Source: a virus
Strand: one strand, 5' to 3'
IMG/VR virus record: IMGVR_UViG_3300042504_002519
Span: 1 to 64,000 of that record
DNA: 64,000 bases
The position numbers and the translations under genes were made by a program. Numbering within the stretch: position 1 is the stretch's first letter; each line of letters opens with the position of its first letter. The notes under the pieces are model-generated. The model made no database searches. It was not told the DNA's origin and saw nothing but the letters and a program-made list of their open reading frames with translations. Positions 1-8,872 of this stretch are shown here, piece after piece.

Positions 1-12
1 CTGCTTAAAGGC

Positions 13-1020
13 TTGAAGGCTGAGCAGCACCAGACGCTGGAAGCATTTATGGCCATGGCTAGCGCCCCAAAAGCGCTGCCCCCTCTGGAGACGGAGGGGG
101 AAAGCCCAGCAAAGGCCAAAAGTCAGCCCAGCCCACCACCGTCACCACCACCGCCAAGCCAGCCAGCGACGCCAGCGCCAGCACCGGAGCCAGTGGTGGA
201 GGGGTGGAAGCCGGTGCCGCTGGCCACTAGCCTGCCCCAGTACCTGGCCAGCCAGATCCATATCCTCTTGTCCGCTACGACTGGATCCGGTAAGACCCAC
301 CTGCTCCAGTGCCTTTGCGCCATCCTGGCTAACCGGGGCGATGAGCTGGTGATCTGTGATCCCAAGGGTAGCCGCTGGGGACAGTTGACCCCAGTTGTCG
401 CCCGAATGGATTCTGGCGTTGATTACGTCATGGTCATCCGGGACTTGGAAGCTGAGCTAAGGCGACGCTCTAAGCTCAACCAGGAGGGCCGCCCGGTGGG
501 CAACCATGTCTGGGTGGTATTCGACGAATGGACATTGCTCAAAGGTAGGTGTAGCACTATGGAGGGCTCTGTCAGGGCTGCCATGGAACAACGTCTGCTT
601 AGCCTGATCACCGCTGGGCGGGAACTGAATATGCACCTGCTTATGGTCAACCAGTCCCACTTGCTAGGCGACCTCAGCCTATCCGGCAACAAGAATACCT
701 TCAGCAGCGGCATACGGGATAACCTATGCACCGTGGGGCTAGGCTGCAAGTCTACCAAGGACAACCATGGCAAGCCCATGGAAGGGAACAGCAAGAGCAT
801 CGACAACATGCTCCAGGATCCTGCCTTAATCCGATCCCCCGCCGACCGGCAGGCCGCCCAGGGCTACCACAGCCAGATCCGCAGCCAGCCCGGAGTGAAC
901 CGGACCTACGCTATCTATGCCAATAGCCTGAGGATCGGCGTCGTACCTGATCTGCCTATCCCGCCGATCCAGCGCTTGACGCCGTTCTACCGGCCCAAGC
1001 CAGGCCAGGAGACCGCCTAG
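13..1020 (+). CDS. FtsK/TraD-like P-loop ATPase (probably 5'-partial)
   Basis: Walker A ATTGSGKT, Walker B VVFDEW, ICDPK and GRELNMHL..NQ motifs. Confidence 0.75.
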   Translation: MKAEQHQTLEAFMAMASAPKALPPLETEGESPAKAKSQPSPPPSPPPPSQPATPAPAPEPVVEGWKPVPLATSLPQYLASQIHILLSATTGSGKTHLLQCLCAILANRGDELVICDPKGSRWGQLTPVVARMDSGVDYVMVIRDLEAELRRRSKLNQEGRPVGNHVWVVFDEWTLLKGRCSTMEGSVRAAMEQRLLSLITAGRELNMHLLMVNQSHLLGDLSLSGNKNTFSSGIRDNLCTVGLGCKSTKDNHGKPMEGNSKSIDNMLQDPALIRSPADRQAAQGYHSQIRSQPGVNRTYAIYANSLRIGVVPDLPIPPIQRLTPFYRPKPGQETA

Positions 1021-1022
1021 CA

Positions 1023-1110
1023 GGTTCCCCGCTGCGGTGGGGGTGTGTCGTGGGGGTGTGTCGCTGGACTGCTGCAGGCGGTGCGGATCCCACTGTGGTG
1101 GGAGTGTGCC
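1023..1110 (+). CRISPR. Mini repeat cluster (2 hairpin repeats plus a duplicated handle) directly after the ATPase stop
   Basis: GGTTCCCCGCTGCGGTGGGGGTGTGTC and GGATCCCACTGTGGTGGGAGTGTGCC match the array repeat core. Confidence 0.7.
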
Positions 1111-1142
1111 AGAGGTTGTGCCAGTAATTTACTGGGGGTGTA

Positions 1143-1171
1143 TTGACATGCCGATATGGCGGGGGTATATT
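1143..1171 (+). promoter_or_regulatory. Sigma70-type early promoter
   Basis: TTGACA-N17-TATATT, preceded by tandem TGTGCCAG; same architecture at 3244-3272(-), 7459-7488, 12201-12230(-), 33477-33505. Confidence 0.75.
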
Positions 1172-1204
1172 GGAATTGTTGAACCACTTATCGAGGACAA
1201 TCCA

Positions 1205-1492
1205 ATGCTTTACAGTCAACAGGTTGATTTCCCGCTCGCCATCTCTGGTCATGCTCCCGCCCACAATACTCAAGCCGATTACCTGATCGGCAAGTATGTG
1301 GCAAGCGTCCGATCCTCTGGCGGAGTGTTCACGGGCTTTGTCGGGGACACAATGGAAGAGGTTCAAGCTGCTTTTGATCGCGAGCTCTGCGACTGGTGCC
1401 ATGACAATGGTCGTCGGGTGATGCAACCGCATATGGTGCGGAAGCATGTCTACAGCCCTCTTGGTGAAAAATTTGAGCCTTTGCCTGCTTGA
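1205..1492 (+). CDS. Hypothetical early protein
   Basis: ATG at 1205 after CCACTTA/GAGG, downstream of the early promoter. Confidence 0.6.
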   Translation: MLYSQQVDFPLAISGHAPAHNTQADYLIGKYVASVRSSGGVFTGFVGDTMEEVQAAFDRELCDWCHDNGRRVMQPHMVRKHVYSPLGEKFEPLPA

Positions 1493-1683
1493 TCAGGCAA
1501 GCAATCGATTCCCTACGCCCCTAGCCCTCGATGGGGGCTTTGTTTTGGCGCTAGGCTACGAACGCTAGGCCCCTAGCGCCATGGAGCTTTTGGGGGGTTC
1601 ATACCTCTGCAATGGATAGGGTATGACGTTGCAACCCCTTGCAAAGTATGACTATGGGCATACTTTTGATAGCGCTTAAAGGT

Positions 1684-2055
1684 ATGACTATGGCAACCAC
1701 TACCAACCTTCTAACCATTTCCATCCACGAGGACGAGGATCCCACCGTGGCCATGAACGAAAACTGGGGATCGTCCTACTTTCTGTCTAAGACCAAGCCA
1801 AAGACGCCAGAAGTCCTGGCCCGACTAGCTGGCAAGATCAACCAGCAGGTGGTGCAGGACGGCAAGCGCCGACGGCTATCGTTTTGGGTAGTGCGCAAGC
1901 CACCCCGCCAGCAAGGCGACCAGCCCAAGGCCAAGGTAGCCATTACCCTGGACGCTGACCTACTGGCCCTGGTGGATGCCCGGGCTGAGGCGGATCGCTC
2001 CTACCGCAGCACCGTAATTGAAGCGGCTTTGAGGGAGTATTTGGATCCAAAATAG
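1684..2055 (+). CDS. Ribbon-helix-helix (CopG-like) DNA-binding protein
   Basis: C-terminal KVAITLDADLLALVDARAEADRSYRSTVIEAALREYL. Confidence 0.7.
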   Translation: MTMATTTNLLTISIHEDEDPTVAMNENWGSSYFLSKTKPKTPEVLARLAGKINQQVVQDGKRRRLSFWVVRKPPRQQGDQPKAKVAITLDADLLALVDARAEADRSYRSTVIEAALREYLDPK

Positions 2056-2201
2056 GCTAAAAAATGGCATGGGGGAATTAATGCCTATTATCTTTTGAGG
2101 GTAAGAGGCGGTGAAACCCTTGCTAGGCAAGGGCTAGAGAAAAGTTGCGGATACAATTTCCTTGGAGGAAAGCGGATACATAGGCTTACTTAAGTAGTAC
2201 A

Positions 2202-2881
2202 ACTGGACTCCCACGCTAGTGGGGATACTTGGCGACGTAGGATCCACCCCCACGAATGTGTGGGTCAAGGGCTGTCAGGATCTACCCCCACCGCAGTGGG
2301 GAACGCTAGCTGAGCCAGGGTGAAAAACTCCCACGATGGCGGGTAAGTTCCTGGACGGACTCCCACGGAGTGGGTTGATTTGTGTAGAGACAGACTCCCA
2401 CGGGGTGGGATAAGCGGGAACTATCGGAAAAACTCCCACCGAAGTGGGGAAGAAATACCTGAGCTAGGGCGACAGACTCCCACAATGGTGGGGCTAGTAG
2501 GCCCGGGCAATGGCAGACAGACTCCCACGGGGGTGGGGTGCATGAGTTAACCGCAAATTGACAGACCCCCACTTCGGTGGGGTGCGGGAACTGTCCCTGA
2601 TCGACAGACCCCCACCGGGGTGGGGCTAGCTGGCCTGAGGAAAGGGACAAACCCCCACCGAAATGGGGAGGTGGTTGCCAGGGCCTAGCCCATGTGCCTG
2701 CGGGCGTCGTAAGATCCACTCCCACCGAGTGGGGAGGTGTTTGCGAGAGCCGGGTACTAAGCCGGTAGCTAGGCCTTCTCACGAAAAACCCCCACCCTGG
2801 TGGGATGTGCTTTGCGAGAGCTAGTAAGCCACCAATTCTGCCCAGATCTTCACTAGAAGCACCCCCACCGAAGTGGGATCC
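2202..2881 (-). CRISPR. CRISPR array A (about 15 degenerate type I-E-like repeats; 3 long spacers, then short units)
   Basis: Repeat core CCCCAC-N4-GTGGGG/A-GTNNNTC; periods 73,70,67 then 43,43,44,45,44,38,35,32,43,38,39. Confidence 0.9.
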
Positions 2882-2923
2882 ACTTACCACCAAGTTGTCA
2901 ATGTCCTGGCAGCAGTATAGCAC
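2882..2923 (-). promoter_or_regulatory. Array A leader (extended -10 plus boxA-like motif)
   Basis: GTGCTATACT..CAGGACATTGACAACTTGGTGGTAAGTGG, conserved in all four array leaders. Confidence 0.8.
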
Positions 2924-2947
2924 ATTGCTGGCCAGAGCCGCACAAGC

Positions 2948-3241
2948 AAAACCCCAGCCATGGGGCCGGGGTCTGCGGGGGTGGTGGGTGGAGGGAAGTT
3001 ATATTGCCCAGACGTACCACCCTTTTCCGTCACACCAGTTGGTACCGTGACCAACTAACGTTTTTTTATTGTCAAATATTTCGCAATCAAGGGAACCCAA
3101 TTCCCCACGGACGACGGCAGTACCCTCAAAATTTGAGGGTAGGGGCTTAAGACCCCTGAGGGTTCCAGCAATATGGAGTTCCCGGTTCTGAGTGCTAGTG
3201 ATTTTCATAGCTTTGTCCTCTCTGTAAGTGGTTCAACAATT
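2948..3241. repeat. About 295-bp inverted duplication, copy 1 (copy 2 at 33508-33800)
   Basis: Near-identical reverse complement covering 5' UTR, 69-aa ORF and terminator. Confidence 0.9.
2999..3208 (-). CDS. Small early hypothetical protein (duplicated gene)
   Basis: Own promoter, RBS and terminator; second copy at 33541. Confidence 0.7.
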   Translation of the reverse strand: MKITSTQNRELHIAGTLRGLKPLPSNFEGTAVVRGELGSLDCEIFDNKKTLVGHGTNWCDGKGWYVWAI

Positions 3242-3290
3242 TCAATATACAGGGGGTGTATCGACTTGTCAACACCCCCGGCCAAACAAA

Positions 3291-4109
3291 CTACCCCGCC
3301 ACAACCCATTCCTTCCACGCCAGCGGGCTAGCCTGGTTCAGGATCATGCCCGATACCCTGACAGGCCCCGTCAGATCGAACTCGGCTAGGCCTTTGGTTA
3401 GATGGCGCAGGCTGGCCCGGCCAAGGGACCATGGATCGACCAGGGTGCATTTCACCCCAGCAGCCACCACGATCCCGTCAGGGAACGCCTGGAGTCGCCG
3501 CCATGGCCACATGAGGTATTGCACCAGATCGGGGTTGTCAGCGTCCAGCGTCTCGGCGTAGTCGATGGGGCGCTTCCACCAGGGCACCCAGGACGATGCC
3601 GGCGCCGCATTGAGTTCCAGGAAGTCCGCTAGGGTATCGCCCCACTTCCAGGCCACCAGCTGGCCCATGTGGCTGGGCTTAGGCCCGCTGATCGGCAGGC
3701 CTTTTACCTGGGCCTTGAGCCCGGGCCTATCGCAGAAGTAGGCGGTGACTAGCGCCTTGATCAGGTCGGCCTCGGTTGGGCTGGCCAGGAAGTTGCGGGG
3801 CACCAGGGCAGGGCCGGAACCATCCATCAGGTCCATGATCGCCTGCGGGCTACGGATGGAGGCCTCAGGCAGGCCTGTTACCTGCAGGAATCCTGGCTCG
3901 CCCCAGTTGTTCCACAGCGGCATATCGCCTGGCAATGGCTGGTTTTTCATAGTGACGCTGGCCATAGCCAGCAGCAGGCGTAGGAACGCCTGGCGGGTGA
4001 GGTGGCCTTCGCTGATGTCGGTGTAGGCTTCAGGGCTGGCCAGTAGGTCGGCCAGGCTGGCGGTGCCCTGGGGGGTGGCAATGCAGGGGTAAGTAAAGAT
4101 GTCGGCCAT
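3291..4109 (-). CDS. cas8e: Truncated Cas8e (Cse1/CasA)-like large subunit, 272 aa
   Basis: Probable start MADIFTYPCI with GGAG RBS; Cse1-like motifs SLADLL, AFLRLLLA, FLQV, GDTLADFLELN, PWW, YLMWPWRRL, DPW; about half normal length. Confidence 0.75.
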   Translation of the reverse strand: MADIFTYPCIATPQGTASLADLLASPEAYTDISEGHLTRQAFLRLLLAMASVTMKNQPLPGDMPLWNNWGEPGFLQVTGLPEASIRSPQAIMDLMDGSGPALVPRNFLASPTEADLIKALVTAYFCDRPGLKAQVKGLPISGPKPSHMGQLVAWKWGDTLADFLELNAAPASSWVPWWKRPIDYAETLDADNPDLVQYLMWPWRRLQAFPDGIVVAAGVKCTLVDPWSLGRASLRHLTKGLAEFDLTGPVRVSGMILNQASPLAWKEWVVAG

Positions 4110-4178
4110 GTGGTTCTCCAGATAACGAAAAAGTGTTACTATCCAATTGTAAGCCATTAGTTGGGTTGCGAGCCGCAG

Positions 4179-4823
4179 ATGAATTTCCCACATGATGTTG
4201 TCAGAGATGCCTGGGCCGTCCGCCATGGTGGCCGCACCGAGGTGTCCGTAGGCCAGGACCGCATTGATATCGTTGTTGATGGCGACCAGTACGACACGCT
4301 GGTGGAGGTAAAGCCTGCCCACCAGGTGCGGGAGGCCATCGGCCAGGCCAATAGCTACCAGAGACGCTGGACTCGGCCCAGCAAAAAGCACTTGCTGCTA
4401 TTTCATGAGACTGGCCTACCGGCTAAGTCTACGGTGGAGCGCCTACGGACCCACCAAGCCTCCGGTGAGTTGTCCAGCTTCACATGGGAGATAGTGCCAG
4501 CGGTGCCCCGGCCTAGCTACCACATTGCTGGGGTGCCGATCAGCTTTGAGCGGGCTAAGGCAGATATTTGCGGCCATGTGGCCCGCATCAAGCGCAGTTT
4601 CCAGGATGGCCCTATTGCCGCCAACGATAGGGCTTTCCTGCACTACCTAATTGTCGGCGGCCAACGCCAGGCCCAGGGCGCCCAGCTAGCCTGGGGCGAC
4701 AAGGGTATTGAGCTGCAGGTAGTGCGGTTCGACAACAACGTGTTTGGCTTGTCTGCCCGATCCGCTGCGGTGGACTGGCTCAGACAGGCTAACTACAAAG
4801 CTGTTTACGGAGGATCACGATAA
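4179..4823 (+). CDS. PD-(D/E)xK nuclease with a C-terminal DCL/DUF3223-like domain, first gene of the cas operon
   Basis: E..RIDIV..LVEVK..AIGQANSY motif; stop overlaps the cas6 start (TAATG). Confidence 0.7.
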   Translation: MNFPHDVVRDAWAVRHGGRTEVSVGQDRIDIVVDGDQYDTLVEVKPAHQVREAIGQANSYQRRWTRPSKKHLLLFHETGLPAKSTVERLRTHQASGELSSFTWEIVPAVPRPSYHIAGVPISFERAKADICGHVARIKRSFQDGPIAANDRAFLHYLIVGGQRQAQGAQLAWGDKGIELQVVRFDNNVFGLSARSAAVDWLRQANYKAVYGGSR

Positions 4824-5506
4824 TGCTGTATTTGTCACGTTTTGCCCGGCCAGATGGCCATGGTAGCCTGCACCGCTATGTGATGGCGGGTTTTCCGGAT
4901 GATCTGGGCCCAGACCCCCGCAAGCAAGCTGGGGTGTTGTTTCGGGTTCAAGTCAATCGGGAGCCGGATTTTTTCGCTGCTGAAAATGACAATGAGTTGA
5001 TTGATAAGCGCGAATGCGCTGAAGGCGGATCCATTCTGGTGCAGTCAACCATGAAGCCGAAATGGCCAAAAAGCTATGAAGCTGAAGTGAAGCTGGAATT
5101 TAAGCCTAGCCTGCTAAAGGCGGAAAAGCGCTACCGGTTTCGTTTTGGTCTAAATTCCGTTGCCCAAAGTAACCGAGATGGCCGGTGCCGGCGTTATCCG
5201 GTGCCTGTTAGCCAATGGCTGGCGGCCAGGGAAGAAATGCTGGGCGCTACTTTTGACATTCGCAAAGTGGAGTCCATGGTTCTTTACGACCATGTAAGGC
5301 GAGAGCATTACACTCGTTCATTCCCCATTCATGTGTCGGTGATCGACGGATATTTACGTGTCACTGATCCCATCAAGCTGGCTCAGGCCATCCGCGAGGG
5401 CATTGGCCGGGAGAAGGCCTACGGCTGCGGGCTGCTGTCCTTGCTGCCGGTGGTGGCGGTGACTCCCGCGCCGTCGCCTGCCCTGGTGGGTGTGGCTCAA
5501 ACCTGA
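4823..5506 (+). CDS. cas6e: Type I-E crRNA endoribonuclease Cas6e (Cse3)
   Basis: MLYLSR start, LHRYV..FP, ILVQS, YRFR, G-loop GIGREKAYGCGLL. Confidence 0.93.
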   Translation: MLYLSRFARPDGHGSLHRYVMAGFPDDLGPDPRKQAGVLFRVQVNREPDFFAAENDNELIDKRECAEGGSILVQSTMKPKWPKSYEAEVKLEFKPSLLKAEKRYRFRFGLNSVAQSNRDGRCRRYPVPVSQWLAAREEMLGATFDIRKVESMVLYDHVRREHYTRSFPIHVSVIDGYLRVTDPIKLAQAIREGIGREKAYGCGLLSLLPVVAVTPAPSPALVGVAQT

Positions 5507-5509
5507 GCA

Positions 5510-5573
5510 GTGGCCCCACTCCGGTGGGCGTGGATCGACAACCAAAAAGGCCCCACAGGCGTGGGGGTGGCCA
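5510..5573 (+). CRISPR. Two repeat units inside the cas6-cas7 intergenic region
   Basis: CCCCACTCCGGTGGGCGTGGATC and CCCCACAGGCGTGGGGGTGGCC, period 37. Confidence 0.8.
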
Positions 5574-5602
5574 CCAGGCCCAGTCCTTAAGGGAGGAACC
5601 TT

Positions 5603-6838
5603 ATGTTTATCGAACTGCACCTGATCCATGCCTTGCCGCCCAGCAATGCCAACCGGGACAAGTCCGGGGCACCCAAAAAGATCCAATACGGTGGTAGCTG
5701 GCGGGCCCGGCTCTCCAGCCAGTCCCAGAAGCGGGCCGCCCGGCAGCACTACGAGCAATGGATGGCGGTTGACCGCAAGGCCTTAGCCTTTCGCAGCCGT
5801 CGCCATGACGTTGCCCTGGCTACCCGCCTAGCTTTCGGCGATGACGATGACAACCTGATGGTGGCCCGGTTCCTGCTGGGCTTATTCAACCTCAAGAACG
5901 ACAACCTGATCCCGGCCATGCTGGAGGAGCCCAGCAACTTGCTGTTCCTCTCAGAGCATGAGCTAGACACCATCGCCGCCATTGCCGCCGACTACCCGAT
6001 CTTGTTGCAGGACATGCTGGAGCGGGCCCAGCGTTATCGGGCAGCGTTGGATCCAAAGCCCAAGAAAGCGCCTGAGGCTGAGCATCCATCCGCCAGGGAT
6101 CTGCAAGGTATCCGCAAGGCCCTAGCCCAGCTAGGTCAGCAAGTGCCCGGTAGCGTGGCCCTGTTTGGCCGGATGATGGCCAGCCTGACTGAGGCCAGCG
6201 TCGATGGCTGCACCCAGGTGGCGGATGCCATCTCGGTTAATTCCTTTGGTATCACCAATGTCAAGGGCATGGGCCAAGTGATTGGCGAGCCAGACTTTTT
6301 CACCGCCGAGGATGATGTCGCTCCGATGGATGAAGAGGCTAAGGCTGGGGCGGGCCACCTGGGGGAGCTGCCTATCGTCTCGCCTGTGTACTACCGCTAT
6401 GCCAACCTCAATGTCACTGAACTAGCCTGCTTGGTTGGTGACCCTGGGCTGGCCCAACAGTTTGCCCGGGGATTCTTGACGGCATTCTGCGCTACCCTGC
6501 CCACCGGCTATATCCGCAGCCATGCCCACCTAACCCTGCCTGACTATGTGCAGATTAGCTGTACTGCTGCTCAGCCTTACACCTTGGCACCGGCATTCCA
6601 TGTGTCAATCAATAGCTGCACCACCGACGACGACTTCCTAGCCCAGGGTATCCCGCACCAGGCCGCTGATGCGCTGCGCCAGTACCAGGACCGGCTAAAC
6701 GTCATCTACGGCGACAAGTCGCTGTACAAAGCTGAAGTGACTACCCAGCCAGGCTGGTTCGGCCAGCCCCTGGACGGGGCCATTGATGGGGCCCTGCAAG
6801 TAGCCATGGGTGCTGGCAAGGAGGTGGCCTATGCCTAG
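5603..6838 (+). CDS. cas7e: Type I-E backbone subunit Cas7e (Cse4/CasC)
   Basis: MFIELHLIHALPPSNANRD.SGAPK..YGG..RARLSSQSQKRA, ALFGRM, DFFTA.DD, GAGHLG, YYRYANLN, LPTG. Confidence 0.95.
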   Translation: MFIELHLIHALPPSNANRDKSGAPKKIQYGGSWRARLSSQSQKRAARQHYEQWMAVDRKALAFRSRRHDVALATRLAFGDDDDNLMVARFLLGLFNLKNDNLIPAMLEEPSNLLFLSEHELDTIAAIAADYPILLQDMLERAQRYRAALDPKPKKAPEAEHPSARDLQGIRKALAQLGQQVPGSVALFGRMMASLTEASVDGCTQVADAISVNSFGITNVKGMGQVIGEPDFFTAEDDVAPMDEEAKAGAGHLGELPIVSPVYYRYANLNVTELACLVGDPGLAQQFARGFLTAFCATLPTGYIRSHAHLTLPDYVQISCTAAQPYTLAPAFHVSINSCTTDDDFLAQGIPHQAADALRQYQDRLNVIYGDKSLYKAEVTTQPGWFGQPLDGAIDGALQVAMGAGKEVAYA

Positions 6839-7277
6839 GCTAGTCCTGAAGCTAGCAGGCCCCATGGCTGCCTATGGCACCGGGCCACGGCTGCAGCAAC
6901 GACTGACGGAGGATGCCCCAACTGAGTCGGCGATCCGCGGCATGTTGTGTGCTGCCCTGGGGATACGTCGAGGCCAGTCAGCGCCGGAACTGGACGGGCT
7001 GCAGGTGGAGATAGGCGAGACAAGCCATGGCGGAGTGTTGGAGGACTTCCACACCATCCGCGATGCTATCACCTATGACGGGGCCCCAGGCCGCAATGCC
7101 ATCACCACCCGGCACTACCTGAGCGACTTCAGTTCCACCGTTACCCTGCGGGGTGACTTGCAGCAGATCCGCACCATTGCCAAGGCGCTGGCCCGGCCCA
7201 AGTTCCAGCTATACCTGGGACGCCGTAACTGTGTCCCAACTGGCCCGATCTGGGCTGTTGCCCGGGAGGAAGTTTAG
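6831..7277 (+). CDS. cas5e: Short Cas5e (CasD), 148 aa
   Basis: LVLKLAGPMAAYG, PTESAIRGMLCAALG, DFHT, RHYLSD, LYLGRRNCVP; lacks the usual C-terminal part. Confidence 0.92.
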   Translation: MPRLVLKLAGPMAAYGTGPRLQQRLTEDAPTESAIRGMLCAALGIRRGQSAPELDGLQVEIGETSHGGVLEDFHTIRDAITYDGAPGRNAITTRHYLSDFSSTVTLRGDLQQIRTIAKALARPKFQLYLGRRNCVPTGPIWAVAREEV

Positions 7278-7278
7278 C

Positions 7279-7426
7279 CGGTTCCCCACACTGGTGGGAG
7301 TAGTTCGTGTACTGCTTTAGCTCCCCACTGCGGTGGAGGTGGATCCAATATTTATAACAGGCCCCACCAGCGTGGGAGTGGATCCTATGTCAGTATCCCC
7401 TACTTCCCACCTGGTGGGAGTGTGCC
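7279..7426 (+). CRISPR. Leaderless mini-array of 4 repeats directly after the cas5 stop
   Basis: Hairpin cores at 7284, 7323, 7362, 7405 (periods 39, 39, 43). Confidence 0.85.
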
Positions 7427-7542
7427 AGAAGTTGTGCCACTAATATACCCCTAGCATATTGACAGGCCCGATATACCCCGGCTATATTGGTGACATGCCG
7501 CACCGCTACAGCGGCCATCCACACTACACAAGGATTAACGCT

Positions 7543-8010
7543 ATGAACACCGCCACTATCACCGCCACCCGCCACAATGGTTCTTTCGTCGCCTCCGCCT
7601 GGGAGTGCTGGTACGGAGCCTCTGACCGGGCCTGCCAAGCCACCGCCTGGGCCTGGGGCCTGTATACCGAAGCATTCTTTTCTGAAGCCGCCATGGCTCG
7701 TTACCGCTGGGCTGGCCAGATGATTGCCTGCCTGGGCCTGCTGGCCTACCTGGCTGGCAAGCTGATCCGCTTGTGGCTACAGCCCAGGGTTGATGCCTGG
7801 GTAGATAGCTGCCAAGCCCCTGAGCCCGTCCAGGAGGCCCCAGAGCCAGCCCCGGCACCGGTAGCTAGCCCAGTGCCCCAACCCCAACCCGAGGCCACCC
7901 CGCTGGCCGCCCTGGGTATCCGGGAGTTGCGCAAGCTGGGCACTGCTCGGGGCGTCAAGGGTGCAGCTCGGATGAAAAAGACTGAGCTACTGGCCAGCCT
8001 AGCGGCCTAG
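7543..8010 (+). CDS. Hypothetical protein with TM segment and C-terminal Rho-N-like domain
   Basis: LGIRELRKLGTARGVKGAARMKKTELL; follows the early promoter at 7459-7488. Confidence 0.6.
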   Translation: MNTATITATRHNGSFVASAWECWYGASDRACQATAWAWGLYTEAFFSEAAMARYRWAGQMIACLGLLAYLAGKLIRLWLQPRVDAWVDSCQAPEPVQEAPEPAPAPVASPVPQPQPEATPLAALGIRELRKLGTARGVKGAARMKKTELLASLAA

Positions 8011-8074
8011 ACCACTGCCGCTACCCCACAGCGTAGCGAGGGGACCAACCACTTACACCGAAAGGATCAACGCC

Positions 8075-8305
8075 ATGAACCAGTACCAACAGAAACAGCG
8101 ACAGTTTTATGTTGCCGCCACCCGCATGGGCCATGTCCAGACCGCCCTAGACGCCCTTTGGCGGGCTGCTAGCGAGGCCAGCCTGCTGGCTCCCGACGAG
8201 GTTAACTACCAGCACTTCACCACCGCCCGCATCCTGGCCTTGCTAGATGGGCTTGGCTGGGAGCAGTGTAGAGACGCCTGGCTGGATTCTGGCCTGGGGA
8301 TTTAG
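8075..8305 (+). CDS. Hypothetical protein
   Basis: CCACTTACA/AAGGA upstream, terminator downstream. Confidence 0.6.
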   Translation: MNQYQQKQRQFYVAATRMGHVQTALDALWRAASEASLLAPDEVNYQHFTTARILALLDGLGWEQCRDAWLDSGLGI

Positions 8306-8321
8306 CCCCTAGCCTGCCTGC

Positions 8322-8347
8322 CACCCCTGGCCCTCGCCGGGGGTTTT
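8322..8347 (+). terminator. Rho-independent terminator
   Basis: CCCCTGGC-cctc-GCCGGGGG-TTTT. Confidence 0.65.
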
Positions 8348-8377
8348 GTCTTGGTTGCGCCATTTGGCTAGAGTTGT

Positions 8378-8423
8378 GTGCTATAGTGGTGGCAGGAACC
8401 TTGACAACTTGGTGGTAGGTGAC
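8378..8423 (+). promoter_or_regulatory. Array B leader
   Basis: GTGCTATAGT..CAGGAACCTTGACAACTTGGTGGTAGGTG. Confidence 0.8.
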
Positions 8424-8838
8424 GGTGGACCCACTTCGGTGGGGGTTTCTCCTTCGCTCCCCCCACGGTGGCCACTATTCGGCCTAAGCAAAACACACCC
8501 CACTTCGGTGGGGGTTTCTCGCTTAGTGGCATTGCCCATCTTTAGCGCTGGCCTCGCAAAGCACACCCCACTCCGGTGGGGGTTGATCTACGGCCATCGA
8601 CAACGATCAGGCCATGCCTATCTCGCAAAGCAGGCCCCACCTCGGTGGGGGTTTCTCGGTCTGTGGCGTGTCGTGGTGGATGGTCTGCCTAACGTGACTC
8701 GCAAACACCTCCCCACTCCGGTGGGGGTTATTCGTGGGCCTACCTCTCCATCGTAAACGGCGGTTTCGCCATCCCCACTTCGGTGGGCGTTCTTCCAGCC
8801 CGTACCTCTCCTATACCCCACCCCTGTGGGAGTTTTCG
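8424..8838 (+). CRISPR. CRISPR array B (7 repeats)
   Basis: 36-nt repeat CTCGCAAAGCACACCCCACTCCGGTGGGGGTTTCTC variants; periods 69,68,69,76,62,about 43. Confidence 0.9.
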
Positions 8839-8872
8839 CCCTGGCCTAGCCGGGCTTGTGCGTTTTAGGCGC

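Noticed and set aside
2113-2180. Palindrome CCCTTGC-TAG-GCAAGGG and repeated GCGGATACA as an alternative leader for array A
   Set aside because: The conserved leader and handle polarity place transcription on the - strand from about 2910; function of this region is unknown
2306-2923. ORFs overlapping the arrays (2306..2923, 8346..8756, 22347..22901, 23610..24191, 23797..24264 and similar)
   Set aside because: Their repetitive PTxVG/PPxWG peptides are translations of CRISPR repeats, not real proteins
4110-4391. N-terminal extension of the 366-aa Cas8-like ORF
   Set aside because: It overlaps the nuclease gene antisense; an RBS and the Cse1-like N-terminus support a start at 4109
6359-6372. 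14-nt match of an array D spacer (CCTGGGGGAGCTGC) to cas7
   Set aside because: Not at the seed, needs a gap to extend, and the codon-level match to the tape measure is more coherent
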